DNA of 64,000 bases from Epiperipatus broadwayi. Taxonomy: Eukaryota > Animalia > Onychophora. The stretch lies in NCBI GenBank assembly GCA_028023455.1, contig JAQFVV010000003.1:7688001-7752000 (forward strand), given 5' to 3'. Numbering within the stretch: the first letter of the stretch is position 1; the number at the start of each line of letters is the position of its first letter. Below the pieces are notes generated by a model. The model was not told where the DNA came from, searched no databases, and saw only the letters and a list, made by a program, of their open reading frames with translations. The position numbers were made by a program, and so were the translations under genes. Shown in pieces: positions 40,901-54,191 of the stretch.

Positions 40901-41790
40901 TGTCAGAAATAAATAACAAAGATCTGAAGTGATAGCTTTTTAATTTTACTTTTGCATTTAATTGTGAGTGGACAGCTTGACTTTAGATATGGACCCAATA
41001 TATCATCATAGTCCTTTTTTAATTTTATTACTTTGTAGCTTAAATTAATGAACTAATTATGAACTAATATATTGCTGTGCTCACCAGCCATTACTATAAG
41101 AGGTCAAATGAGTAGTTTTATTCAGAATAGTAATTTTAACTCTCATTTAGGTAAGAGTGCTATTTGGTTGTTTTGATAATCGGTAGTGATTATATAAGTG
41201 AGTTTTTCGATATAATGGACACTGCAGATCCAATATCCATTTCCATTGTTGTTGGCATATTATTAATTATAATTTATTTGAGGGCTGAATCAATGCCTCT
41301 CACATTATTTATGCAGATATTGATTTTGATTGATAATATTTTACTCCACGGGGTTTTTTTAGAATGGCTCTTTCATTCTTTTCTGATTGCCTTGCCTTTT
41401 TTTTTAAACATATAGTTTTTATATAACTGACACAATTATAATATCTATACATTATATATTGTTATTGACATTTGGTTAGTTTTTAGCTGACGGTTCTTCA
41501 ATTTAGTTTTCATCACCTGGATATTCATTTAATCCAGTTTTTTCACTGATAAATTAATATTGGGATCCATTTTTTTAATGGAGCTCTCTGACTTAGTAGA
41601 GACTCAACCGGAGCTTCCTGATAGAATACCAAATCAAATGTAGTATTTGGGTTCATTAACAGAATGATTGCTTTAATAAGTAATTACAGAAATTCTGAAT
41701 ATCTTATAAGAATTAAAATTTGATATGCATTTGTTTGACTGTTATTGTTATTTCAATCTTTTTCTAATGGTATGTTAATATTTGGTTTAG

Positions 41791-41888
41791 AAAGCTTTAG
41801 ATCATCAGGTTTGTTGGGGATATGAAGCTAATTGTCCAGCTGAAAAAAGATTTTCAATGCCAACATGTTCCGAAAAACCTACTGATCG
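41791..41888 (+). CDS. EOGT: EOGT coding exon 2
   Basis: tttAG|...|GTAATT; KALDHQVCWGYEANCPAEKRFSMPTCSEKPTD matches EOGT CWGYExxC...RF..P.C; phase 0 in, phase 2 out. Confidence 0.9.
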
Positions 41889-42999
41889 GTAATTTTATAC
41901 TATTATTATTAATATCTAAGTGTTAATTTTAATAATTACTAAATTAGTAAATATCACATGATTGTTTTTAATATGTAATGATATGAACAATTATATTCTC
42001 TCCATTTCAGGAATCTGCCATTGCAAATTTAATGCTGTTAATTTCACATTTCTGAGTAATTTCTGATTTATAGGGTTTATGATGAGGAGCTTGCATCTGA
42101 ATTTCCCTAATTCAATGCATGTTTCATCCAGCAACTCACTTTTATTCCTTTTTTTTTTCTATCAAATTAACAGCCTGAAATACAAATGCACTTTAACTGT
42201 GAATACTAAAATATAGTTATCAGCTTGTAGTCAGATGCATATAACTATACATGTTATTGACTTGATATCAATTATATCTACATAACTATACAACAAGTTG
42301 ACTTGGATTTAAAATATTAAGATGTTTTGGATTTCAGGCTGGTAGCTTGCATTGGATGAGAATTGCATTGCATCCATTTACTCCACCTTCTTATTAGACA
42401 ATAGCCCATAAGCCAGAAACTAATTTGAAGGTATTGATAGGGTAGAATGAATGTGGAAGCAATAACTTCTATTGTCTATTGACTTTTTAAGCTAATAATA
42501 AATGTCTCTAAAATAGAATAGAGAAAAGGCTCATTAAAGTTTATATAATGATTCTCAATTGAGACACTAAATTCATTAATCAAAAAGCTTCATTATTTTA
42601 TGAAATATTTTAATCTGAAAAGTTAGAATTCATGTTAAGGGATTGGGCAAACTAATATTTATAATCTATTAACCATTGAAAAATAAAACTGTGACAGGAG
42701 TTCACTGAAAGTATTATTTCCTTTTATATTATAAATTTTGTTTTGTAGAATATTATTGAAATTATAAGCTGATATTTATCTGATTATTTTTAAGATTTAT
42801 ACAAAAGATGGAATTAAAATTCCTACCATACTTTATTGTACATGTGTTGTTGTTTATAATAATGTATTTAATGGCTATTATGATTAATAAAAATATAATT
42901 GTACTTCTTTTATTCATACATATATATAATATAAATAAAATGTCCATTAATTAAAACAAAATTGTAATTATAATAAAAATAATAAATTTAACGGTAATA

Positions 43000-44310
43000 A
43001 ACTATTAAAAACAGTCTTTAAATCTGCAGAAATACTTTCAGTTAATTTCTTAAACCTGTCTCAACTGCCATTAAATTTTAAAAAATAACAAAGCGGAAGC
43101 AAACGTCATCAATTCAAATCCTGTGAATACTGTATTTTAATGTTAGCAGCTTGTTTATTTATTAAATACATTTTATTCCTATTTATAAAAATTGCTGCCT
43201 TAATTTTTCTTTTATTATGGTTTTTCTCTTCATGAAGAATTTTCACACTTTCAAAATCAAATTTATATTTACATGTTTTTTCATGATCAAAGAAAACTGA
43301 AACAGTCATTAAATCACCATTATTCTTACTTTTTACATGCTTATACAACAATTCATGCTCTTTTAATCTCTTCTCAATACTGCACCTCGATTCACCTATA
43401 TATGATAACATACAGTCACAAAAAATTTGATATTACTTTTCTGCTTGACAGGTATGACATCCTTAGAATTATTGACTAATTTATTAACATTCTTTGGAAC
43501 ATAGAATGATACATTAAACACGTCACCTATTTAAATAGAAAGTAGGTTGAAGTAAAGAAGGGTTCCCCTCTTTTCTTCCATAGTGTAACCTTGTGGTTAA
43601 ACACCTGTAGAGGTCCCTACTATCCATTTTATATGCATATTCTCGAGGTTACAGCCTCAGTAAATATTACTTACATAATCAATGTGCATTTGATAAATTT
43701 ATAATTACAACTTTATTTATATCCTTATAAAATTTCACTTGCATATTTGAAATAAATGGAATAGATATCCATTGTGTTTACTATCAATCTTCATTTCCTT
43801 TAAACCATTGTAACTCTTTTTAAATTGACATAAAGTATTGTTTATTTGTTCTATTTTATAATCAACATCAAGCAATTCCTTGGCAAATATTTCAATATTT
43901 TTCAATTTATCACTTTGATAACAATGTAATTTTACATTATGAAGCAAAAAAGATCTAAAACTTGCCATCTTATACATAATTGGTACTTTTGATTTACAAT
44001 TTATATATTCCCTTTTTTGCAATGGCTTGATTATTAATTTATAATTTAATATATTGTTAGCTTTTGTAATAATTAAATCCAAATATTTAATATTTTTGTC
44101 CTGTTCCTTTTCAATAGTCCATTTCAAGCCATTCAAATTATTTAATTTCTCTACAAGCAAATTTATAGTATTAGTATTTCCACAAACAAAAACATCATCC
44201 ACATATCTTTTATAAATTTTAATATCTTTAAAATGTCTATGGGTCTGCCTATAGTTGCACAAGTTTGCACTTTTGTGTTGTCTACATATGAGAGTGGTAT
44301 TTTGAATATT
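43000..44310 (-). mobile_element. Penelope-like element (RT + GIY-YIG) with putative intron and inverted 5' segment
   Basis: 43735-44230 encodes KRYVDD, E....IKYLDLII (PLE RT/thumb); 43109-43411 encodes YIGES....RLKEH...F....KILHEE.N..KRKIK (GIY-YIG). Frameshifts present. Confidence 0.9.
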
Positions 44311-44314
44311 GTTT

Positions 44315-45306
44315 TTCACTCTTTAGACTTTTATTCTCTTCTACAGCTTTCCTTGCTGGTTCACAGTTATAATTTCTTATGTCATTTTCAACTCTTCTGC
44401 ATCATTTTACAAAATTCGAGGTATTCAATCCTTTTTAATGCATCATTTTTGTATATCTTCATATTCCTTCTTTTCTTCATACAGTAGAAATTTTATTGGT
44501 CAGTTGTTGTTTTTTTTTATCAGCTATCTTTGTTGCAGTTTTTAAAAGTATCAATTATTTTCATATTAATTTCATTCAAATCTGAATCATGTTCAAAATC
44601 TACTAATACTTGAAACTGATTTGTATGTTCTAATTTAAATTCATTAGAATGTTTTTGAAGATTAGGAATATCAACTGTAATTATTGTTTTTCTTAATAAG
44701 TTTTGCATTAGCATGTATCTTACATCTTACTAATAGATGATCACTTCCTGTGTTAAATTTATTAAGAACATTACAATCTTGAAATATGTATTTTCTGTTA
44801 GTCAAAATTTTTCTCAAAAAAAGAATTCATAATATAAAGTTTTTCTTTTTCTGAAAACTCCACAAGTCTATGTCCTCTCTCATTTCTATTACCGTAACCA
44901 AAATTACCTACAGCACTTTCATCTTTCATTTGTTTACTAATTCTAGCATTAAAGTCTCCTATAACAATTTTAAAGTGTTGTTTACTCTGATCAAAAGCCT
45001 TTTGTACATCCATATAAAAATCTTCTATTACTTCATCACTATGAGAATTTATTGGGGCATAAATCTGAATTATTTGCATTTGGTATCTGCTATTAAGTTG
45101 TATAACTAATCTTGCCACTCTGTCCAATACACCCATCAATCTCCACAATGTTCCTCCACTTTTTATTTATAATGAATCCTTCTCCACTTGTATTTCCAAT
45201 ATTTGTGCTTTTGTAGTAGAGTACATGTCCATTTATTAATTCAATTGTCTCTTCACCTTTTCTTCTAACTTCACAAAGTTCAATAATGTCCCATTTAATA
45301 TAAGAC
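44315..45306 (-). mobile_element. RTE fragment (APE region), same family as 20368-23398
   Basis: Closely parallels 21885-22940 (YIKWDII, YAP..SHSDE, GDFNAR, GNFGYGNRNERG) with small deletions. Confidence 0.9.
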
Positions 45307-45599
45307 ATTTATTTTATATTATTTTATTTTTAATATTGTAACTTTTTTATTCTACTATTTGATATATATTATTTTATTATTATCTTTTTGCTTATATTTT
45401 TAATCAACTTCTAACCTTTTCTTATTTTTATTATATATTTTATAATTAATTATTAACTTTTTTTTACATTATAAATTATCTTTTTATGTTACAAATTACT
45501 CACCTCTTTACATTTCTTATTTTACATTAAAAATTACCTTTTTATGTTATAAATTATCACCGTTTTACATCTATTTCTAAAAACCAACTGACAAAATTC

Positions 45600-46175
45600 A
45601 AAATTTTTATATTTGCTTAACACTTCCCTCTATCATCATTTTTTTCAATTTTATTCTTTTAACCTTTTTCATATTCAAACTTTTTAATAATAATTGTTTA
45701 TAAAATTATTGTCTTTACCCCTAAATCCCCATTAAGATTTGGTTTTATATTTTTAATCAATATTGCCTCTAATTTTCCTATTCATATTCAAACTTATTAA
45801 TAATAATTGTTTATAAAATTATTGTCTTTACCCCAAAATCCCCAATATTGATTAAAAATATCCCCAATATTGATTAAAAATATAAAACCAAATCTTAATG
45901 GGGATTTTGGGGTAAAGATAATAATTTTATAAACAATTATTATTAAGTGTGAATGTGAAAAAGGTTAAAAGAATAAAGTTAAAGAAAATGATGATGGAAA
46001 ATTAAAGAGACAATACTGATTAAAAATATAAAATCAAATCTTAATGAGGATTTTGGAGCAAAGAATAATTTTATAAACCAGTATTATTAATAAGTTAGAA
46101 TATGAAAAAGGTTGAAAGAATATAGTTGAAGAAAATGATGATAGAGGGAGTTATTAAGCAAATAGAAAAATTTTG
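45600..46175. repeat. Fold-back with internally tandem-duplicated arms
   Basis: 45600-45860 is inverted to 45862-46175; each arm has two copies of the TAATAATTGTTTATAAAATTATTGTCTTTACCCC-type unit. Confidence 0.8.
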
Positions 46176-46179
46176 TTTC

Positions 46180-48270
46180 TTTTTTTAACAATTGATACAA
46201 TGATGATAGAAAATGAGACTTTCCTTTAAGGAAGCTATTATAAAAATTTAAGTCCTAAAAAATGCTTGTAATTTCTTTACATTTCTTGATTTTGCAGCAT
46301 TTTTTATGGCCTTCACCTTATCTGAATTTGCATACTTCCCTTCTTATTTATAATTATATGTCCAAGAAATTTTATCTCATTTGTAGACCAGTTTCAATTC
46401 AATATATTTATCTTGGCTCCTACTTTATCCAATTTTGAACAAATGGTATTTAATTATTTTTCTAAATCCAGCTTCTATTCTGTGATGATCAAAATATCAT
46501 CTAAATATAGAATAGCATTCTAATGCCATGAAAAAGATTATCTATTTTTAGCTTGGAAAATATTTGATGTTATCATAATACCATATGTCAATTTATTACA
46601 CGTATAAAGTCCCATAAGTATGGTTCAATGGTAATAATTCTGCTGTTCTTTCTGACATGAGGAATTTGATAGAATGCAGCTTTGAGATCTATTTTTGCAA
46701 AGTATGAAACTTTGCAATGAAGTCAATACTTCATATATTCTAGAAACTAAATAGGCATCTTTATTAATAAATTTATTCATCATAATATAGTAGTCTCCAC
46801 ACAGTCTAAGATTTTCATCTCATTTCATAATAATAACTACAGGCAGAGACAATCAGAGGGGAGAACAGGAGGGAAAGCTGGCTTGTGGCTCACAATATTA
46901 GGGTCTCAACTTGGCAACTCAATATGTTAAACAAAAATATGGGAGAGGGCAACACGATGTCATGGCTCATAGAGCAGCCTTAATTTTACAGTTAAATTCC
47001 TCAAAAAAATATTCAAGAAAAACTTTTCCAAGCAGGTATTCCACAAGTTGAAAATGTAAAACAGTTTAGGGATGAGGTGCCAATTTGATGACTGCGATGA
47101 AAGTGACTGCAGCATTCAGTGACCAGCAGAACTAATAGTCTCACCCCCCGTCAGTAAGTTCGTGTGCTAATAGTATTTTATGATACTAACAGGGCTAGAG
47201 TGAATCTACCCTAATCAAGTGCTATCTGGATTTCATCTGCTTGCTTGCTCCCGGAGTCCTGTTTTTGGCCCTGTATATAAAAACTCTTTCTCTCTCCTCC
47301 CCACATTCTTATTTTAAATTTGAAGGGCCTCTAAAATATTAGTTGCCCTGGGCCTCGCATTTTCTCTGAAAGGCCTGACTACAGGCATAACTCAGGACGA
47401 ATCTTCCATTGGTGTTAATTCTCTCTTTTGTACCATCTCATTGATAGTTTTTTTTATTTTCTTTTTCAGGGTAAATGGAACTTTACATTTTCTTTATTAA
47501 TGTATTCCTAAAGAATGAAACCAGTTCCATCCAAGTAGTGAACTAAAATCTTTGTTAATAATACATAATGGGAGAAATTTGACCTTCAAATTCAGTTTTA
47601 CGAGTACTCTTTTATGCACATCAATTTTATTGCAGTTAATATCTGTTGTGACAATGTCCTTTATCACAATTATTATTTTTTTATGATAACTTATACTGAT
47701 TTTCAACCAATTTTTATATAATATCAATGATAGGCTTGAACTCCTATTTACTTCCATTGTTAACTTTTGATCAAAGATGTCATCATCAAGCAATATATGA
47801 TCATTGTTGTGTTATTAAACTTCTTTACATTATAACTACTATTGTCTCTCCTCCAGATTTGTAGTCTAGCATTTGCTTAATTTTGACCTGTATTCTTTAC
47901 TCTGACAGATACATATTAAATATTTTCTTTTCTTGCAAATAGTGCATGTTATACTTTTATGTTTGCAATTTTTACTTAAATGGCCAGTTTTACCATGACA
48001 ATAACATGTTACAACCCATTTCATTCTATAGAGGGCCATGTATTTGTATTTGTTTTCTGTACTGAAAGATTTTATGCAACTATTGTGATAATGAAAATTC
48101 CAAAACGTTGTCAAGTACTGTATAGTATTTTTCCTAATACATTTCTTTATAGCACATTTGTAGTTGAGGTCAGCTTTGTTCAACAATATTTTTCTGAAAT
48201 TTGAATCCAGCATGTCATTCAGAAGTTGTTCTAACATTTTTATCATTAATTTCCAGGCCGGAATCATAAT
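46180..48270 (-). mobile_element. Decayed Gypsy (Mag-like) LTR retrotransposon gag-protease-RT
   Basis: 47866-48267 double Zn knuckle (CYCHGKTGHLSKNC...CTICKK); 47497-47793 protease (MEVN.SSSLSL...LLGWNW); RT LRLCGDY, FAKIDLK.AF.QIP, LYLDDIL on - strand at ~46480-46830. Confidence 0.85.
46844..47377. mobile_element. hAT-type MITE with 8-bp TSD inserted in the Gypsy RT
   Basis: ACTACAGG at 46836-46843 and 47378-47385; termini CAG.../...GCCTG; excision restores PMEDSS*VMPVVIIMK*DENLRLCGDY. Confidence 0.8.
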
Positions 48271-48304
48271 CTTTCATTAAATTCCTCAGTGCTATGTCAT
48301 AGTT

Positions 48305-48890
48305 TACACTGTGGAAAGAAATTAATCTTCACACATGTGCTATTATATTAAATTTGCATGCATTCACCTGTCTAAATGTTTTAAAAGCAGAGCTTATTTT
48401 TATATAAATCAACCAGTTGAACTTATTATGAACCTGGTATTTCAATTGACAAATTATTTGTACAAATTTAGTTTATATATAACAGGGAAAATAAAGTATT
48501 TCATTTTTAAGTATCTGTGATTTTAAATTATATTAATTTGAATATATATATAAATAAAAATAATTTAGTGATGTATATAATTGTAATCTCATGGAAAGAA
48601 ATTAATATTCACACATGCTCTATTAGATTAAATTTACACACACTCACCCAGCAATAAGTGTTTTAAAAGCTTAAATGTCATACTTATACTTAGAGCTTAT
48701 TTTTATATAAACCAACCCTTATTTACTGTGCTTAAATCAAGACTTGAACTTATTATGAGCCTGTTATTTCAATTAATATAATTTTGCAAATTTAGTTTAT
48801 GAATCACAGGGTGTGAATGCACGAAAATTTAATCTAATAGCACATATGTAAAGATTAATTTCACTCCATAAGATTATAATTATATATATT
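48305..48890. repeat. Tandem ~285 bp duplication followed by an inverted copy of the unit start
   Basis: TGGAAAGAAATTAAT.TTCACACATG at ~48312 and ~48591; inverted copy ~48805-48870. Confidence 0.7.
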
Positions 48891-50576
48891 GATAAATTAT
48901 TTATTTACATATTTTTCATGAGGTAATTGTTTTCTATTTTTTAGCCTTTATTATCATACCCATTTTGTTATTTTCAGAGTGAAATATCCTTTAATTGTCA
49001 GTCAGTTCATGGCATGGAAGATCTTCAGGCATTTTGGGCTCATCTAATTTATTTGTCCATTGAACAGTGTCTTGTACTGCAAATTATCAGAGTGTAGAAA
49101 CTTTCATCTATCATCTATTTTTTATGAGCATATAGTGTTCCACATGTTCTGTGTAATTTTTTCATGAAGCAGTATTCTTCATATCAAATTATTTTAATTA
49201 CTATATAATAGCACCATTATTCTTGTTTTGGAGATAATGGTATTACAAGCAATCACTATTATTCTCACAAAGTCTACTATTAGTTTTCTTTGCATTGGCA
49301 CAGTCGAACTGTCAACTATTATATTCTACTATTGTTTGCACAGGTATATTCTGAGGATATTAATTGGATATCATTTGGAACAGCATCAGTAAAATTAAAT
49401 AAGTTAAGACAAGTTTAGTAACAAAACAATTTTTTTAACAATAGTAATAATTTGGAATTCCATAAAAAATAAATGTAGTATATTATTAATTCCCTAGTTG
49501 CATGACTCACTTCTCACCACACAGGATAATATAAGCAACATTGTGTGTTTTAATTACAAAATATTTTATACACATGTGCTTGTTATTGTAATATATGTGT
49601 ATATGCTTTCCAGAACAATTACACTTCTAACATTCCATATTTTACTTTAGCTGACAATCTGTTATTAAAAATAAACAGATCATACTCTTCCTTAGTTTTC
49701 TTTGTGCTTACTTAGCACATACACTGTGAATCCCATTTTTAGACTGGATTTCTTTTTTATATGAATCTGATCTTTTGCACATAAATGACTAGTTTACATA
49801 ATAGTCTAATTATTGCACTTGCAAATTATTAATATTAGCATATATAATTTTTTTTCTAGAGTATATTAAAATTAAGATAATTAATTCAGGAACAATCTGT
49901 ATATATTTAGATAAAAATGAAATTTATTTTATTTATAATCTACATAATATATGCAGAGACATTTCATAAATCATGAAGATTAACAAGCAATGAAAAAAAT
50001 TAATTATAACTGAAGAAAGTATAGGGTTCTGTTTCATATATAGTGTTAAGAATTGCTGTTTTTATTTTTAGTTGAGAGCTCTTTTGACAATCTCATTTCA
50101 TTTTTAGAATTGTAATTAATAATGAAACCTAATTTATATATATATTGGAACAGTAATTTCATTGCCAAAGTAACAGGGATTTAAAAAATAATTTAGATAG
50201 TTTAAAATAGAATCAAAGAACACAGGTATAGAAATGTCAAGTTAGTTGTTTAGAACATGTAGAAACAAGTTTAACATATCATTTATGGATGTCTAAGCAA
50301 GTGTTTATGTGGAGGCTTTTTTTTTCATTCAGACACATTGCTAAAACAAATTAAAATAAAATACATTTCATTTTACTCTATATTTATGAGAAAAATATAT
50401 AAAAAACTAAAAAGTGTATTTTTAGACTAAAGTTATATTTAATTTGAATAGATTGTTTTGGGATGTGCATTAATCACTATAATTAAAAGTGAAAAAGAAA
50501 AATGTTCCTAACTATTTGGCGATATTAAAAAAGAAAATTCCAATTAGAAGTTAATTCGATAATTATATATGATTAA

Positions 50577-50926
50577 GGCTGAAGGCAGCTCAATATTTGT
50601 AAAGCACGAAAGAGTCACTGGTCACATCTTCCAACCGGCTTCTGCCAAGATAATGTGCACAGAGCATAACGACACGAAACGCAAAGTGAAGGAGGCTTGT
50701 TTTATCGCAGATGATCCTAAAGCAATCAACTGTAGAGATGCCTGCTTTACTATCTCTAAAAAAAGAACCATTTAAATATTATTGAATAAATTTGCAACAT
50801 TACTGTGATATTCACTAACTAGTAGCGAAAAGAGCTATGAATATGGGAAGATAGAATTCCCGAAAGTGCTTAGCTTATCAATTGTTATGTATAGCTTCAT
50901 TAATTGTGTATAAAATGCAAGTTTAG
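50577..50926 (+). mobile_element. PLE 3' fragment (GIY-YIG C-terminus + degenerate HHR) with 16-bp direct flanks
   Basis: SSIFVKHERVTGHIF..ASAKIMCTEHNDTKRKVKEACFI...AIN; HHR-like motif 50832-50876; AATTATATATGATTAA at 50561-50576 and 50927-50942. Confidence 0.75.
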
Positions 50927-51584
50927 AATTATATATGATTAAATGATTTCCTTTAGATTGTTTGATTAGATTAATTAGTTAAAATATCAATTTATCTAAG
51001 AAATAATCAAATTCTTAGAAAAATCTAAAAAAAGAGAGCATATGGTTAAATGTATAAAAAGGATTTACAAGAAAATTTTAGGGAATAATAAATTTTGTTG
51101 TGAAGGAGAGAAACAACTATGTTCTGTGTGACATAAAGAAAGTGTACCAGTTGTAGTGTCTTTCCAGATAGTGACAGAAAATTTATTTAATGCCAGCTCT
51201 CCCCAAAAATTCCTGAGGAGAGCCATGAAGCAAATTCTATATACTCGCAGCTTATGTAAAATCCAAGAGAGAAAATCAGATTTCGATCAAATAAACATTA
51301 TATTTCAGTACTATTTCAAAAATATGGTCAATTTAAAACTCTTTATAGTGACTGTAATAAATTGTAGGAATGAAAATGGTTAATTCTGCAGCATAATCTG
51401 AAGTTTTGCCATTATTCACACAAAAAGAATAATATATATTGAAAAAAAAGCCAGCTAATGACCTATATCTGATCCAAAGATGTAAAGTATTTATGTTTGT
51501 GCTTGAACTATATTAGAAATTTCTCATTTAATGAATTTAAATTAATTAAGTGTTCTCTCTAAACTAAAGTTAATCATGAAAATT

Positions 51585-52300
51585 GGAGGATACCCAAAAA
51601 AAAATCAGAATTTTGTAATAAAAAATTGTGTATTCAAAGTACTGCCCATTTGATGCAGTGCACCTATCTAAACATATTTTCCACTTTTTGAAGCGGACCT
51701 GAAACTCTTGCAAAGTGATACCTTTTACTACCTCCATCATTATTTTTTTTCTTCACCATTTCTTCCAAGTCAGCAAAACTTTTTTTCTTGATGCAGTTTT
51801 TTCATTTGGGGGAATAACATAGAGTGAGATCCAATAAATATGACTGATAGTAGATGGGTCATGCTGTTTTTAATTTAAAATTTTCACTTTCAAAACTTCA
51901 TGGTTAGCGCACCTTCATGGTGAAGCTTGCACTCATCTCTTTGGCACAAATTAGGATGTTTTCAATTTTACTGCATCACACAAATGTTTCAGAACTTGTA
52001 AGTAAAACACCTGAGTATTATGAACAAATTCTTAGAGAACAATTCCATTTGCATCTAAAAAACAAATCAACATTGTTGTGACATTGAACTTCACTCATCA
52101 TGCTTTTTGGGACCATGTGAATTTGATCTCTTCCATTAAATCATTTGTAAACTTGTCTTTTCTTTAGAGTAGCTTGCTTGTAGGCTGTTTCAAGTATCAT
52201 ACCTGCTTTCCCTGCTGTTTTTTCTAACATAAAACAGAATTTCCAACTTTTTCCATCACAAAAATCAACAAATAAGTGAGATGCATTTAACAAAAACATT
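51585..52300 (-). mobile_element. Internally deleted mariner transposon relic
   Basis: KFCFML.KTA, MLICFLDANGIV, LHH..A, LFPQMKK, KKWK..LDRC.ASNGQYFE on - strand; TIR-like GGAGGATACCCAAAAAAAAATCAGAA at ~51585. Confidence 0.8.
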
Positions 52301-52514
52301 TACTGTATAGAACTATGATTTCATTTGATAATGGCAATCAGTAGATTAATGTAGAGGAGTCCCACAAGAGGCATTTAGCAGTTGAAGTATGTATTGCAAT
52401 GCATTCAACATTAAAAAATAATTACAGTTTTTGGTAATATCCCTTGCATTGTTAGTTAAAATTACATTTCCTATGAATATTTTTTTATGTGCATGCAATC
52501 CTATTTATGTAAAT

Positions 52515-52630
52515 ACTTATTTTATATTTATGTAAAGTCTTTGTTTACTTTATATTTTATATAAAGATTTTATTTATTTTATATTTTGTGTAAAGATTTT
52601 GTTTATATTATATTTTTTGTAAAGATTTTA
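52515..52630. repeat. ~30 bp minisatellite
   Basis: Four copies of TATATTTT(A/G)T(G/A)TAAAG(A/T)TTTT-type unit. Confidence 0.7.
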
Positions 52631-54191
52631 TAAGCAGTGTCTTAATAGCTAATTAAGAGGTAAGTTATTAAATCAAGAAATTGTTTATTATTTGTGTGTT
52701 ATTACAAAAACATACAGGCAAATATATATATATATGTGTGTTGTGTAGATATTAGAAGCCTGCACAGAATTGATATCTAAGAATAAAAGTTTGTTTTTTT
52801 GTTATTACAGAGATTTGATAAATAATATTATTTGAAGTAATTTGATGGGCTCATTTTTTGCATTGTCAATGAAGGGTGGAAATGTTGTATAATCGATTGC
52901 TTTGTTTATATGTATGCATAAAATAAATATGGTATCTATTCTTATATGTTCAGTGTGTATTCTTTTAAAATAATGATCAGTGATGAAGACATATTTTTAC
53001 AAAAGTTATAAGAATAAAATGATATTAGGTCAAGGGATAAATAAAATTGTTATCCCATGATTAAGAAATATTTATTTGTATGGAAGCATTCCATGTATTT
53101 TAAGAAAGAATTTTATCCGGTTAAATTTTTATGAATAATGTGAGTGTATTGAGTTGAAGTTTAAAGATAATGGTAATAAGTATCTAGCAGTTATTTTGAA
53201 ATAATGTTTTAATACATATAGGACAGGTATTGATTTTTTTTGCCTGGGATATACTACTATTCATATGTAGTATGATTTCCAATTGAAATGCTGTGTTATT
53301 TGGTGCATAAGTACTAGCACTTAGTGGTCATCTTGATTGATTACTTATTAGAAAACATCAGTGGTGATAATATTATAAAAGATCTCTACTTGCTTACTAT
53401 TAGAATAAATATTTAGTGAGATTATGATAATATGGTTCTACACTAGAAAAATATTAACATATGTCAGGTGCTATTATACACACACATATTTATGTCTAAT
53501 ACTATAATATCTAAATAGTTAAATGAAAAATAAAAGTTTAACTCTATTAGATTATTTAATGAAGGGTTAAGAGAAAATATTGACAGCATAGTTTGAGTAA
53601 TATAAGGAGAAGAGTAATTCTTAGTCAACTTAAAATGATATATTATAGAAAGTACTTTCCAAACTTGTGTAATTTATTTTATATTAGCCTATTAATAAAA
53701 TGTATATTTTTGATTAAAATTTAATTTTTGTGTATGTGTGTTGAAGTTTATTTTAGAATCAACCCTGAGATAAAGATGAAATCTTCTGTCTGAAAATTTT
53801 ATAAACCAGTTTTGAAATAAAATATGAAAGAAATATATGAAATATGTAGTGCATATGGATATTTATTTACATCTTTAAGAATTAGACAAATGGCACAGAT
53901 AATGATATGATGTCAGTACGTTTAAAATTCAAACAAATTATTAGATGGATATTACTAGATGAATTATTAAATAGTTTTACAAGAATGATTTTTGCATTCA
54001 TTGTTGCTTTAATGTTCATATTATTATATCATTCTTTCCTTATCGACATGACTGTTACAATATATATATTTGTGACAGTTTATTTTAATTACAAAATCAT
54101 AATTTCTCTATTTTATAAAATTTAAATGGAAACTAAATATAATTCTTACTAAGTTTCTAAAATATCTACTTATGATTGTTGAATTTTTTAG

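Noticed and set aside
43000-43108. Expected HHR in the 3' region of the intron-bearing PLE
   Set aside because: No CUGANGA core with compatible stems could be found.
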